Source of the DNA: Phoronis australis
Taxonomy: Eukaryota > Animalia > Phoronida
DNA length: 64,000 nucleotides
Direction: 5' to 3'
Assembly: GCA_002633005.1 (NCBI GenBank)
Contig: NMRA01000848.1
Location: 1 to 64,000 of the forward strand
In this document: positions 1 to 14,270 of the stretch, piece by piece
How positions within the stretch are numbered: position 1 is the stretch's first letter
Layout: each line of letters begins with the position of its first letter
The notes under the pieces: model-generated
The model's database searches: none
What the model was told of the DNA's origin: nothing
Seen by the model: the letters and a program-made list of their open reading frames with translations, nothing else
Program-made: the position numbers and the translations under genes

Positions 1-1029
1 CAAACTTAGCGTTTTAATAGATAGATACCAGGACTCTGAAAGTACATGTAACTATGGCAGGTAACGTGAGGTTGTGAGCAAAGCAAAGAATCCGCTTGCG
101 TGTTCGTTTCAGGAAGAAGGATTAAGTTCAAAGGTGTCATCCATTTATTCACTCTATCAACGATTGAGTGTCCTCGACGAATCGCACACGCATCCATGTT
201 TGCCTATTTAACTCACATAACCGGATTAGTTTGGATTCGATCGGAAAAGCTTATTGGTAATTGCAAAAATGGTTGAGGTTTGAATAGGTTTGGATGACTT
301 CATGGAAATTTCAATTTGCCAAAAGGCAATGCTATGCATAAAGGTGCAGAGACCTGAGTGCAGACAATCCTTCGGAATTCTTGTCTTGCTTTTTGAGTTC
401 TGTGTTGCTATGCGATGCTCCATGAGCCGCAATACGTAAGTTTTTGCTCATCATGAGTACCTCTGGAGTAATTATTCCTGTCGTTTCAACTGTATATCTA
501 AGCGTAGTATGAAGCCTATCCTATTTAGGCCTCTGAGTCTTGGAAAACCTCCTAGGACTCACCATGCATCTTGTTTATTTTTCGGTTGTTTTGGTTCACA
601 ATGATACCACCATTCAATTGCATGAGACGGCTGAACATATTTTTCAGTAATAAAGACAAATCTTGCCAGATTAAGGGAAATCAGGACTACTTTTAAGTGG
701 TTATAAGCGGATTTTTTCTGTACCCCCTTATGGTCGACAACATACACGTAGATCCGCCAGGGTGGCCTATGTTGATGCAGGCCCGTAGCCATGGGGGTTC
801 ACGGGGTGCAATCGAACCTCCTCCTTGCGGAAAAGGTCCAGCCCCAGCATATCCGTTACGTATAGGATACAGATGAGCAGCGTCATCAACAAAATTATTG
901 TACTTATTACTGGTACTACTAAATACAATAACAATCAAGTTGCTAATAATTTCAAAATTGGTTCTGAATCCAAGGGCTTTACGTAATCACCTGGGCCATA
1001 CCCACACAACTTCGCCAAGTGGTCACTGT

Positions 1030-1376
1030 CTACGAAAAGCCGGCCACAAACACGGAGATGTTTCCCGGCCTCATACTTGTATTTTTCACTACGACGAGCT
1101 ACTTCCTAAGCATTTCGGGCTCTCGAGGAAGTCGAAAAACCGATATACCGGCTTTCTTCCCAGTTTCATAGCTCGGACTAGCTTGAACCGATGCACCGCA
1201 ATATAGCGGCATTCTCTCTGCAGACGAACCACTGACGTCGTTGAGTCGCTTCTCACCTTACTCACAGGTTAACGCGACACCTCTCGGCAAGGTGAGGTCG
1301 ACCGTATAAGAGGCGATGTGGATATAGACCGATTAAGGCGGTACAAAAGACTAATTAACTCGGGTGGCATTCTCCT
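1030..1376 (-). mobile_element. Kolobok-type non-autonomous end (TTAA|AGGAGAATGCCAC)
   Basis: Reverse complement of related sequence at ~18101-18430 and ~19795-20125; terminus abuts TTAA. Confidence 0.6.
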
Positions 1377-2309
1377 TTAAAGTTTATTAATACCTGGGCG
1401 TTGTTCCCAGTATCATATTAGTAAGTACGCCACTGCGACTCTAAATCTGCTGTTTCCCTTTCCCGAATCGCTATGAGCGACTTAAGTAACCTGACAAAAA
1501 TTCTTCAAGTCATTCTCTGACTAAATGTTTCCGTCCAAGTATGTAATGGAGTACAATCACTCAGTCTTAAAGCACGCAAGGTTCGAAAATTTGGCAGAAG
1601 GTAACGCTCAGTCATCCAGAAAGAGAACTTTGTGGACCACAATACATTCGAACGTGGGTCCCGTTTTTGCGAGTAACTCTCATGGAATCCTACATGTACC
1701 AATTCCATCTTATCTTAGGAAAATGCAGCCGCAAAGTGACATAAAAATGGTGGACGTTTGCAAAATATTATCAAAAGGTCCTATTTAAAATTTTCGAACC
1801 ACTTCCGCGCAATGCTGGCTACGGGCCTGTGATGTTAGGACCCACCGGATCTGAGATACATGTAGAGGCACTGACGAGAAGAGATCGATAATATCACGTT
1901 CTGGTCCCCGGATGTATTCACGCGTAATAGTCGCCGCACGCGTAAACACGGTGACACAAGGGGAAACGGACCACCTATAACTGGATGATTGTCTGAAGGT
2001 CACAGTTTCTGCAGGAAGATCTAGAGACATTGGCCTCTCGCTTAATTTTGCGAAAATAAAGGCAAAAGGAAATGCATCCCCAAAGAATATCTTAGGATTT
2101 TGACGAAGAAGCCTCAACAACTGCCGAAGTCCCATTTGTTCAACATCACATTTTATCCATGCTTCATTGTTGCCAATGGTGTCTCTAGTGCGTCTCCTAT
2201 CAGTCAATCGATTTCGTCAGAGAGATCTTGGCCCACTGGTTTGTCGTCATGCTTGTATTGGCTTCGTAAATCGAATCTTTCCCTTAACCGAGTAACCTTG
2301 TCATTCTAG

Positions 2310-2452
2310 GATTTTGGGACCGGTTTTGCCCAGGCGGGGTCCTCTTTAGCCCACGAAATCGGACATACTCTAGGAATGTTACACGACAAAGACTCGTGCC
2401 ACTGCGTAGATGGACAGAAAGGATGCGTCATGGCCAAGGCAACATCCACTGC
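2310..2452 (+). CDS. ADAM exon: catalytic zinc-binding motif and Met-turn
   Basis: tag|GAT...GC|gtaagc; translates DFGTGFAQAGSSLAHEIGHTLGMLHDKDSCHCVDGQKGCVMAKATST (HExxHxxGxxHD plus CVM). Not in the ORF track. Confidence 0.95.
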
Positions 2453-3712
2453 GTAAGCTATGTTACGTCGAGTGTGCACTCAATAAACCACATTGCAACA
2501 ATCTCGAGAAACATCAGACATCGAATCTGTAATTATTTAAATTTCCATAGAAACTTGTAATCAAATTTATACACCAGGAAAGACACAGTGAAAGTTCATA
2601 CTTTCTGAAAGCAGAGGCCTTATAAGGGGGTCACGTGACAGTGCTTCAGTAGAATCTAGCAAAACACTCTGGTGTATTGATATCAACATAACCGTATCTA
2701 TAGCATGATCGCAATCAATTTGATATACACCTCCAAGAAGCCACTTCACGCTGTTACATTTTTGTATAAAATATCGCTTCGTTTTCACCCTGCGGCTTGA
2801 GAATTTTTAATGAAAATCATAATAGTCCCAATAGTTGATAACTCCCCATGCAAAAATGGATCGACTGAAAAGTATTTCTCAATTGGAGAACTGCGCATAA
2901 GGCAATCCAGAAAAATCGAATTTGATTAGTTATTGAGATATGAGTTGGACTAATTTGGCTATTTTCCTCGCTGGTTCCCTGCGTGCCGCTAGGTGGTAGC
3001 TAGCTCGCAGACATCACATACATCTGTAATTTTCTTCGGGAATTTTTTTTACACCGACGTTTCTGATTGGCTGGCCGAATTCTCAAAAGGCAGTGCTTTA
3101 CGCAAACAAACTAACGTGACTGATGGAAGAAGTAGAAGTGTAAATATGGTCTGTTGTACACACAAATCGGTGCTTAAAATTGAAACGTGAATCCCGTAAA
3201 TTGTGGTTGCACCTTTTCGGAGTGCATCTTTCTACTGTCGCTGATTTTGTTTTCATTGCTGTCCTGTATTCACACAGTTGGAATGACACACTAGTTAAAC
3301 CGGCCAGATGACGGAATGTTTATTTTCTAGGGGGTTTCAAAACAATCCTTAATCTACATGTGTGTGCTTCAAGAACACGGCTATTAAGCATTATTGCAGA
3401 AAGGAAATAGTTGCCGCTACATTTGACAAGGCTAAAAACCGTTTATTAGTCCGCCACATTCTCACTTTGTTGCAAAGCTAAGCAATCCACTCAGGAGGTT
3501 TCATCAACCAAAGATAAAACACGTGCTACTGCGTGATACCGGCGTGCTGACTCGGCACGCAAGGAACCAGCGAGGATATTTTTTTTCACTCTCATAATTA
3601 CATAACATTAAGCCGGAAATTCTGTTTTTGACTGAAACGTCGCAATGCACTCTCCATGGCTTCTTTATGTAGTCCTGTGTTTAAGGTAAAGCAAATTGCA
3701 TCTTCAATGCAG

Positions 3713-3971
3713 TGGAGCACCAACTGCGTGGTCGAGTTGTTCTGTGGAAAGGTTGCATTATGCTTACCAGTTCGGACTCGGTCACTGTCTACACAACGTG
3801 CCGGAAACAATTTTACTCGTCTGCGGGAACGGCATTGTGGAAAGTGGTGAGGAATGCGATTGTGGCAGTGCAGACGTCTGTAGTAACAGCTGTTGCCTGG
3901 CCGATACCTGTACGTTTGCGAGAAACGCTCAATGTTATACTGGCGACTGCTGCAATCTTGACACGTGTTCA
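3713..3971 (+). CDS. ADAM exon: end of metalloprotease, start of disintegrin domain 1
   Basis: tgcag|T GGA.. phase 2 matches previous exon; WSSCS..CLHNVP..CGNGIVESGEECDCG..CC..C..CC; donor gtgagt. Confidence 0.95.
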
Positions 3972-5610
3972 GTGAGTCTGTTCCCATTTCCTTTACGTGG
4001 ATTTTTAACTTAACGCTAGTAGGTTAAAAATTTAGACTGTTATAAAATCGATCGCGATATATCACTTATCGGTATAGGATTCCATGTCAGTTACCAACTC
4101 AAGCTTAGAACTGTAGAACTGGAATACCAACTTAGATCTTGACCCAAAGAGGTTGTTTGTATTCGATTGTTCCAGAATTACGTTTCTTTCTACGGGACAT
4201 ACGAGCTTAGTGTGGAATGTTTGCTGAGCACAAACGACATTTTATCACCTAAAACTTTCTCCGAACAAGGCCTATCTATTGCTGAATAGTTAGACATCTA
4301 ATAGCCGCAGACATTTTCAAATGGAGTATCGTACATATGCATGTATACTTAAGATTTCGTGGTTAGGGAAGCCGGCCATGGATATTACCGCTGCCAAGAT
4401 GGTAGGCGTAACGTGAAGCCATCATAACAATAATTAACAATAATTTTGAAAGTTTACAGTTCTCAGCTTCCATGCATCTACTGTGCATGACCAAGTGCCA
4501 GCCGATCTCTAATACGGTACCAAATCATGTATCTATTACACATGAATATACAAGACGTTTAGATATTGGATTGAATAAAGTACTTGTACTGTCCCACGAG
4601 ACATTATTCTGCATATACGCGGAATAACGTTGAGTTGCACGTAATCTACGCAAATCGAGGTACGTTTTTGTATTGATCACACACGCTTCGGATTCTAAAA
4701 TGTCTTTTATTCCTTCAGCAGATTTTTAAATACTTCACGAAGACTGTTCACGTTGCGGATCGCAACCTAAAGTGCCCATATGAATGTACGTTCGCGTTGT
4801 GATTGAGGTTTACTTTAGTTAAACAATAGTAAATTTAAAGATTTTTTGCTTGAAAACAAATAACAGTGATGTGAACGACGGTAATTGTGCATTGAACGTT
4901 TTTGAATATTATTAAATAACAAGAATATTTAACATTGCATTTTCCAAAGAACCGTGCGGCCTGAGTAGCTGATGAGTGAAGCCTACTGTAATTTTTGTAC
5001 TTCTCATGTCTGAATTTCGAGCGCTCTGTAAAAATTGGCGCCGGAGTGCAAACGGAAAACAACACCACTTAGCCGTCAATTTACTCAACGCACATGGGAC
5101 AAACATATTGGAAAATGTTCTCTTTACTACCACTGAAACTTCTCGCTACAGCTCAGTTTTCCTACCGCATTGCATAACACTCATGTCAATGGAAACCTCT
5201 TCGTCGTCCTTAAAGGCGTTTCATTACACTAGGAGCAGAAGATAAATGACTAACGTGATACTCAGTTTGCATACAAGACAGCTTCAAACAGTACTTTGTG
5301 TCACCAAAATGCGACAAATTATAGAATAGAATACTGACTCCCTCCATGTACAAATTGGTCGATCAGTTATCTAAGTATTCACTTTTGTCATAGTGTAATA
5401 CCAAATGATTAAAGGTGTAGTAGTAACGTAAAAAGCATGGGCACACCCAGNGAACAAGTGGCCCCGTTTTTTTAGTGCTCGGTAATATTTTTCAGTAGTA
5501 AATTTTAGGCTGGGTGCGCGCGTGAAAAGAAAATGAACCTGTTACATAAATGACGATTTATACTAGCAAAAATTTTAGAGTACTGTTCAGATACTGGTGC
5601 TGTCAATAAC

Positions 5611-7675
5611 ATGACATCAATAGTTACATCACAGGATAATGGTGAGGTAAATGAGTTTGGTACAGAATTATTAGATTTTTGTCAAAGAAATGAGATAAGA
5701 ATTCTGAATGGAAGAGTAGGGAAAGATGCAGACATTGGTAGTGTAACATGTGTAACTTATAATGGATCTAGTGTTGTTGATTACATGTATGTCATGATGA
5801 GCAAGGATTTATTGTACTGTGTGGACGGTTTTGAAATCGGTGAAATATGTGAATCGACTGCGCACTTTCCATTGATTTTTAGTATGTGTAAGACGCAGCA
5901 AAACAACTGGGCTCGAGATGAACAGAATGAAAATGTTTATAAATGGAACGAGGGGTTGAGCCTAAGTTATGCAGAAAACTGGTCGAGCCCGGATGTGGAT
6001 CAGTTGCTCGCTGACGTACAGAGTCATTTACCCTCGACCATAGATTCAAGTATAGAAAGTTTAATGGAAGCCATTACATTATGTGCTGCAGACATGTTAA
6101 AACCAAAAGTGAACATATCTTATAACCCAGTTAGTTTTCCCAAATGGTTTGACACTAAGTGTAGGGAAATGAGAGCTGTCGTTAGGCAAAAATTAAGTAA
6201 TTTTAGATTCAGTATTGGAACACTGAGAGAAAACATTTGCCGAACTCTATATGTACAAGCTAGAAGGGATTATGGAAACTTAAAAAAGTGAAAAAGATAG
6301 AGTGTAACAGAAAACATTACAAAACTTTGAAATCAGCTGTGGAGAGTAAAGACAGTAAAAAATTCTGGCGCGCATTTAATATTAAGAAGAAAGGTNNNNN
6401 NNNNNNNNNNNNNNNNNNNNNNNNNNNNNNNNNNNNNNNNNNNNNNNNNNNNNNNNNNNNNNNNNNNNNNNNNNNNNNNNNNNNNNNNNNNNNNNNNNNN
6501 NNNNNNNNNNNNNNNNNNNNNNNNNNNNNNNNNNNNNNNNNNNNNNNNNNNNNNNNNNNNNNNNNNNNNNNNNNNNNNNNNNNNNNNNNNNNNNNNNNNN
6601 NNNNNNNNNNNNNNNNNNNNNNNNNNNNNNNNNNNNNNNNNNNNNNNNNNNNNNNNNNNNNNNNNNNNNNNNNNNNNNNNNNNNNNNNNNNNNNNNNNNN
6701 NNNNNNNNNNNNNNNNNNNNNNNNNNNNNNNNNNNNNNNNNNNNNNNNNNNNNNNNNNNNNNNNNNNNNNNNNNNNNNNNNNNNNNNNNNNNNNNNNNNN
6801 NNNNNNNNNNNNNNNNNNNNNNNNNNNNNNNNNNNNNNNNNNNNNNNNNNNNNNNNNNNNNNNNNNNNNNNNNNNNNNNNNNNNNNNNNNNNNNNNNNNN
6901 NNNNNNNNNNNNNNNNNNNNNNNNNNNNNNNNNNNNNNNNNNNNNNNNNNNNNNNNNNNNNNNNNNNNNNNNNNNNNNNNNNNNNNNNNNNNNNNNNNNN
7001 NNACGGAAAATGTTAATAAACCGTGCTGGGTTAATGATGTTAAGAAATTGCTATTTCAGTTTGGTTTTGGAGAGGCATGGTATAATCAGGGTGTAGGTTC
7101 CGAGACAAGCTTCATATCACTTTTTAAACAAAGATGCAAAGATATTGATCAGCAAAAGTGGCAAGATATTTTGAACAATTCGATTAAGCTGGAAACTTAC
7201 AGAACTTTTAAGTTAAATATATGTTTTGAAAACTATTTAGATGTAATTGACAATGTAAATGTTAGATCTGACATGGTAAGATTGAAATGTTCAGTGCATG
7301 CACTATTGATTGAAAAGGGTAGACACTTGAAACTTAGCAGAACAGACAGGTTATGCCCTCTCTGTGTTAGGACATATGTCGAGTCAGAATATCATTTTGT
7401 TATCGAATGCCCATTCTACGATGACCTAAGGAAACGATATTTGCCTGCATGGAGCTACAACAACCCCAATGTTACAAAATTCAACAGACTCATGACTATG
7501 GAGGAAAAAGATCTGATATGGTGAACATGTAAATATGTTCATTTTGCATTCAAGCGAAGAAGAATTCGGTTTACTTCTAGTGTTTGACACTTACCTTTAT
7601 TGTATTTGATGATTTGATTGTAACAAGAGCCGGAGGCCTAGTTATTGAATAAATATACTATATACTATATACTAT
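5611..7675 (+). mobile_element. Non-LTR retrotransposon (LINE, RTEX/CR1-group-like) in ADAM intron; RT core hidden in N gap
   Basis: AP-endonuclease C-terminus (ILNGR..T..NGSSVVDY..H.P), KWFD.KC motif, C-terminal H.L.IEKGRH..RLCPLC..E.EYHF..ECPFY..LR; 3' AATAAA plus (TATACTA)n tail at ~7650-7675. Confidence 0.85.
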
Positions 7676-8329
7676 TAGTTGCTCCTTTGCAGAATCTACA
7701 TTTATCGTGTACCTTTGAACATAATATCGACAGCTTATGTCATCGGTTGCAGCGTATGACTTTACATAGTATAGAAATAAAAACATTTCTTCGGAAAGTA
7801 GAAGGTAGCGATACTAATGGTCAGGCAGACAACCGGAAGTTTGAGGTGAACATTCTTGCAGCCAGTCCTACAAAGTATCAGGGTCGCAAACTCTAGCGCG
7901 ATGGGAGATTGCCATTCATTCCCAGTGGGTTAACTGAATTCAAATTTCTCACTATAAGTGAACTTCATTGCCGTACGTCAGAGTGGATTTTCTTGTAGAA
8001 CCTAATCGCTGGATGATGTCGTCGTGTTTTGATAAAAAATTTTGTTTGTTTTGTAACAAGTGTATCACAGTTTGCATACATTTCAACACCAACGCAAATT
8101 GTGTTATATCTAACATGCACCATGAGATCCTAAATGACAGGAGAAGAAATTCACAGTTCGAAGATTACACGAATTTCACTTCCAGCTGTTTGCTAATATT
8201 CAGACATAAGCTACTACGCTAGCGCATAGCAAATCTTGAATAAAGAAAGGAACCTTGAAGTAAATTGAAGTGCATATACTGTTCACGAGACTATTACATT
8301 CGATTTTTCTAAGTGTGATTTATGCTTAG

Positions 8330-8464
8330 ATTATGACCGGCAGACAGTGCCGGCCATCCACTGGTTTCTGCGATTTACCCGAGTACTGTGACGAAAGAAG
8401 TGACAGATGCCCAGCAGACGTCAGTAGACGAAATGGGACTATCTGCACGGTTGGAGGAGAAAAG
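8330..8464 (+). CDS. ADAM exon: disintegrin loop (CRPSTGFCDLPEYCDERSDRCPAD)
   Basis: ttag|ATT..AAG|gtgagt, phase 0-0; canonical CDLPEYC motif. Confidence 0.93.
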
Positions 8465-9799
8465 GTGAGTTTGTCCTGTCCCGCAAGGGCAGGGGTGTCA
8501 CCAATTACAACAATGCCAGAAGTGAATTATTTATTGTAAGCTGGTGAACACTGAACGAAAACAATGAATAAGGTCAGTGTGCTGTGCCATAAGCAATGAC
8601 ATAGAAGGGCACAAAAGTGGAAGTTAAAACAAACCCCGCACAAGGCAAAGTGGCCAATGACATACAGGGGAGATAATTTCTAAAGAGATCGAGCTAGAGA
8701 ACACGTACTACAAATACTACAAGTAAAATACTGAGAATTCCCCTATATAAACAAAATGTAATGAAAATCAAAATACTCTGAAAATAGTAGTGAAATGCAC
8801 CACAAAAAGGCATCCTGCAAAATCGGCAGAACGACAAGATGACAAATAAACACCACAGCATCGAAATAACGAGAGCACTAGAACAAATACCTACAAGAAC
8901 GGAAGGGAATGTACATGTAACTAGGTAACAAACTACTAAGAAACTATCCTCTGAAACACGGCCAAAAGCTGAAATCCATAAAACATCTCCGGTAAAGAAA
9001 AGTGCCGTTCACGCGGCGTCCATAATGGAAAAAAACTTGCGTCATCTATCGAGAAACTTGAAAACTAAGCTCCAAAAGGGAGAGTATGGCCAAACGAGAC
9101 TACGTGACAGAGTTACCACTACAGTTAAAGTTTCAGTTCTCTAAAACGGATCTAAGCCGCAGTATTTGTTACTAGGCTTCTATATGAAATCGATCTGACG
9201 ATGATCCCAAGTACCCAAACTCCTGCTTCAAAAACCGGGTACTTATCTGTCTTAAGATCCAGTCTAAGGTCGTTGTCATGGTATCTATTGTACCCCTGAC
9301 CTTGATTGACATTGCCTTTCGTTACTCTCCGGGTTTTGCAACATTCTATGGCTGAAGGAATGACGCTGATCGTCCTCGAGGTTTTCCTGGCTTCTCCCAT
9401 GTTCTTTATAACAGTTCGGTGCATTTGCTTGTAATGTATCTGTAGGTGAGGAGTTGCAGGACGATAGCACGTGTTCCAAATATCTCCTATCAATCCGTTA
9501 ACCCCAAGTTAGGTTCGTTGGTGTTGATCTGATGTCATATACATGTACATATCTCAACAAAAAATCCAGCCTCATTGCTTCTAGCTCCCTGACATCTCTT
9601 CACGTTAACCGTCTGGCTGGAAGGTCCGCCTGCTTTGTCCAACTGTCCTGTTGATCCCTAAATGACCTAAACGAAAAGTTCACGTTTTGGAAGGTACATG
9701 TTCGCAGGATTGTATCCGCCTTAAAATCAACTTTGTCTATTTTTCAAACGAGGTTCAATATAGAGGAAGAGAACTGTTTCACGACAACATTTGTTTCAG

Positions 9800-9969
9800 G
9801 CTTACTGCTTCAGTGGGGAATGCATGACGCTTACGAAAGCCTGCCGAGCACTTCACGGACCGCAGTCGGCACCATGCCTCCAAAACTTCCACTTCAATAC
9901 TCGCGGCGATATATCTGGCGATTGTGGTTATGACAACGAGCAAAACACGCACAAGAAGTGTCACCAAAC
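9800..9969 (+). CDS. ADAM exon: Cys-rich domain part 1
   Basis: tttcag|GCT TAC TGC..; AYCFSGECMT..C..G..FNTRGDISGDCG..KKC; donor gtaaga, phase 2. Confidence 0.9.
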
Positions 9970-10671
9970 GTAAGACAATAGAGAGTACTCTTGAAGGATT
10001 GACGGAGATCGAGTTTCATGACGCTTACCCGAAGTTTCTTTTACCGTTAAATTATTTTATAACTTTATATTTCGAAAATTCACGCGTTATGTTTAATGAA
10101 TTGACCTACATGTACATGTAACACCAGGATTTCAAGTGACGGCTTAACTGACCATTTAGAACGCTATTCACCAACCTTCGTTTCCAAGCCGCTATTTTAC
10201 CCGACAAACAACACTTTGCTGGGTAAAACTTATTCTTCGTTAGTCAACATTACGCAAGGGGGAGGAGCTTGCGATAGGTCGATTGCGGCAGAGGTAGTGG
10301 GTCACTGTTCTTGCAAATTTAGTCTGGGTGGCAGGCGTCAACTCAGTTAAACAAATTCAATTCAACAAAGGCGTCACCTATTGCAGATACCAGGTGATAG
10401 CTTTGAAAGCAGCGCATCACAAAACGCCTGGTGCCAGAAAATGGTTGGCCTATGTTATCCGCTAGACACGCGTTTCCATGGCAACGGAAGGACGCAATTG
10501 CTGCAATAAAAATCTTCAAATGGATGCGGTAGAAACATAATACTTGCATGTGCAACATACACCAATAAATTCATTCCGTGTATTAACTGAAAATCAATGG
10601 AACTGTGCGTGGTTTAGAGTNNNNNNNNNNNNNNNNNNNNNNNNNNNNNNNNNNNNNNNNNNNNNNNNNNN

Positions 10672-10753
10672 GTACTGTGACGAAAGAAGTGACAGATGCC
10701 CAGCAGACGTCAGTAGACCAAATGGGACTATCTGCACGGTTGGAGGAGAAAAG
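10672..10753 (+). CDS. Duplicate of disintegrin-loop exon (5' part lost in N gap)
   Basis: Near-identical to 8383-8464; lies in the gap-adjacent duplicated block, likely the second haplotype. Confidence 0.5.
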
Positions 10754-12093
10754 GTGAGTTTGTCCTGTCCCGCAAGGGCAGGGGTGTCACCAATTACAAC
10801 AATGCCAGAAGTGAATCATTTACTGTAAGCTGGTGAACACTGAACGAAAACAATGAATAAGGTCAGTGTGCTGTGCCATAAGCAATGACATAGAAGGGCA
10901 CAAAAGTGGAAGTTAAAACAAACCCCGCACAAGGCATAGTGGCCAATGACATACAGGGGAGATAATTTCTAAAGAGATCGAGCTAGAGAACACGTACTAC
11001 AAATACTACAAGTAAAACACTGAGAATTCCCCTATGTAAACAAACTTTAATGAAAATCAAAATACTCTGAAAATAGTAGTGAAATGCACCACAAAGAGGC
11101 ATCCTGCAAAATCGGCAGATCGACAAGATGACAAATAAACACGACAGCATCGGAATAACGAGAGCACTAGAACAAATACCTACAAGAACGGAAGGGAATG
11201 TACATGTAACTAGGTAACAAACTACTAAGAAACTATCCTCTGAAACACGGCCAAAAGCTGAAATCCATAAAACATCTCCGGTAAAGAAAAGTGCCGTTCA
11301 CAAGGCGTCCATAATGGAAAAAACTTGCGTCATCTATCGAGAAACTTGAAAACTAAGCTCCAAAAGGGAGAGTACATGTATGGCCAAACGAGACTACGTG
11401 ACAGAGTTAACACTACAGTTAAAGTTTCAGTTCTCTAAAACGGATCTAAGCCGCAGTATTTGTTACTAGGCTTCCATATGAAATCGATCTGACGATGATC
11501 CCAAGTACCCAAACTCCTGCTTCAAAAACCGGGTACTTGTCTGTCTTAAGATCCAGTCTAAGGTCGTTGTCATGGTATCTATTGTACCCCTGACCTTGAT
11601 TGACACTGCCTTTCGTTACTCTCCGGGCTTTGCAACATTCTATGGCTGAAGGAATGACGCTGATCGTCCTCGAGGTTTTCCTGGCTTCTCCCATGTTCTT
11701 TGTAACAGTTCGGTGCATTTGCTTGTGATGTATCTGTAGGTGAGGAGTTGCAGGACGATAGCACGTGTTCCAAATATCTCCTATCAATCCGTTAACCCCT
11801 ACATGTAGTTAGGTTCGTTGGTGTTGATCTGATGTCATATACATATCTCAACACAAAATCCAGCCTCATTGCTTCTAGCTCCCTGACATCTCTTCACGTT
11901 AACCGTCTGGCTGGAACGTCCGCCTGCTTTGCCCAACTGCCCTGTTGATCCCTAAATGACCTAAACGAAAAGTTTACGTTTTGGAATGTACATGTTCGCT
12001 GGATTGTATCCGCCTTAAAATCAACTTTGTCTATATTTCAAACGAGGTTCAATATAGAGGAACAGAACTGTTTCACGACAACATTTGTTTCAG

Positions 12094-12263
12094 GCTTACT
12101 GCTTCAGTGGGGAATGCATGACGCTTACGAAAGCCTGCCGAGCACTTCACGGACCGCAGTCGGCACCATGCCTCCAAAACTTCCACTTCAATACTCGCGG
12201 CGATATATCTGGCGATTGTGGTTATGACAACGAGCAAAACACGCACAAGAAGTGTCACCAAAC
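12094..12263 (+). CDS. Duplicate of Cys-rich exon 9800-9969
   Basis: Identical translation and splice sites; within the duplicated block. Confidence 0.55.
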
Positions 12264-13199
12264 GTAAGACAATAGAGACTACTCTTGAAGGATTGACGGA
12301 GATCGAGTTTCATGACGCTTACCCGAAGTTTTTTTTACCGTTAATTATTTTATAACTTTATATTTCGAAAATTCACGCGTTATGTATAATGAATTGACCT
12401 ACATGTACATGTAACACCAGGATTTCGAGTGACGGCTTAAATGACCATTTAGAACACTATTCACCAACCTTCGTTTCCAAGCCGCTATTTTACCCGACAA
12501 ACAACACTTTGCTGGGTAAAACTTATTCTTCGTTAGTCAACATTACGCAAGGGGGCGGAGCTTGCGATAGGTCGATTGCGGCAGAGGTAGGTCACTGTTC
12601 TTGCAAATTTAATCTGGGTGGCAGGGGTCAACTCAGTTAAACAAATTCAATTCAACAAAGGCGTCACCTAGCTATTGCCGATACTAGGTGATAGCTTTGA
12701 AAGCAGCGCATCACAAAACGCCTGGTGCCAGAAAATGGTTGGCCAATGTTATCCGCTAGACACGCGTTTCCATGGCAACGGAAGGATGCAATTGCTGCAA
12801 TAAAAATCTTCAAATGGATGCGGTAGAAACATAATACTTGCATGTGCAACATACACCAATGAATTCATTCCGTGTATTAACTGAAAATCAATGGAACTCT
12901 GCGTGGTTTAGAGTTCTATAATGTTACTTCTCAGTATGCCAGCAATGAATGTTTATGTTTCTTCGCAGAGCGGGGAATTTTAAAAACTATTTTACCTAAC
13001 GTGTGCAACGGGAAAACATTCACGTTTGAGGGATATTTGTGACAAAAAAAAACTAATAGTTACTCGCGTAAAGAGGCATGGAACGCGAAAACTCGTAAAA
13101 TAGATTTTACACAGATCGTGGCGAAATTATTTCTTGGGTATGCAAACGTGAAAGTTAATCACTTTGAATATTGCAAGAATTGCAAGAAAAACTCACCAA

Positions 13200-14070
13200 G
13201 TTTTATTACTATGGCTTCAAGAATTTTCAGACGAAAGATATTCCTTTCGAAATAACCAATGTTAGTATTGTCAACGATGTCGGAACGGGACATTTTCTTT
13301 TTGTGGATTGTTTGAAAGTGATATTTAATGAATCCCTTTTGCAGATGCATAGATAACCGGCGAGATAAAGCGCAAGTTGTATAGCCAACATATCAGTATT
13401 AGAACGCATAGGCGGATTAAGGAGGGGGGAAGAAAAATGAAACAGCAACAGCGTGAAGCTTGAGGTCAGGTGGGGGAATCGGGGTCGGGTTTTTTATTAG
13501 TCCACCCATAGATTTTGCGAACAGGAAGCTCACATGTTCGGCCCCCGAATATTTCGCATACAATCGCGCTTTGCCCAGTGCCCCCCTTATGTTATCCTAG
13601 ATGCGCTACTGGAACGAATACATTCGTTGTGAGGACAATTGAACTAATAAATCAAGTCAGTTTTGGCCAACATTCGAACTGATTTTGTGCACACATTGCT
13701 TTTAACCACAAGATCTTTAGTTTTATAGTTTTGGTAATATACATGTATAATGAAAGAAAGGCCATCTTCTGGTTTAAACATTACTGTGAATTTTCGTTTT
13801 AAATCTCGTTCATCTTCACTATAACGTGAATGGAATTGGTTGCGGTAGAATGGTTTCTTGGTACAACCACCTATTTGTTTTGAACGCCCAGGCTTATGTG
13901 AGCGGCTTATGAAAAGCTTCATATTCTCATCAACAAACTTATTACTGTAGCTGTTATTTATCATAATTTGCTCGATGCGCTCACACTCAGTGTGAAAGGT
14001 TTCCCAATCTGAGCATGCAGAATATGCTCTTTTCAAGAAGTTCGTCTGAACAGAGCGCTTATATCCCAGA
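13200..14070 (-). mobile_element. Penelope-like element 3' fragment (RT C-terminus + GIY-YIG endonuclease), interrupted by ~200 bp at ~13405-13610
   Basis: RAYSACSDWETFHTE..I.QIMINN.Y; IYQ..C; YVGYTTCALSRRLSMHLQ; RLKILEAIVIK. Confidence 0.8.
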
Positions 14071-14270
14071 GGACATGGGCATATACATACATGTATAGGT
14101 ATACATATACATGTACATATCTATGTTTAATTAGAATGAGGACAATTTAACTTGATGTTTTCGACCTAATCAGAAAATGGTATTTTAACATAAAATGATA
14201 CACGAACAGTTGCCTTCCCTTTAATATTCCTTTACTTGTGGTCAAAAGATACGCCATTGTTTGTTTTCAG

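Larger units (their letters stand above)
8383..12913. repeat. ~2.3 kb direct duplication across a ~50-N gap (8383-10620 / 10672-12913)
   Basis: Colinear near-identical copies including two ADAM exons. Confidence 0.9.

Noticed and set aside
1525-1788. ORF with faint resemblance to the ADAM 'DNAQL..GTTIG..VG' region (NAQ, TTI, VG)
   Set aside because: Key Cys/Gly residues are missing and no phase-compatible splice to 2310 was found; could be chance.
6288-7016. 242-aa ORF
   Set aside because: Mostly N gap; part of the LINE.
9152-9493. 113-aa minus-strand ORF preserved in both duplicate copies
   Set aside because: No recognisable motif; preservation reflects near-identity of the probable haplotype copies.
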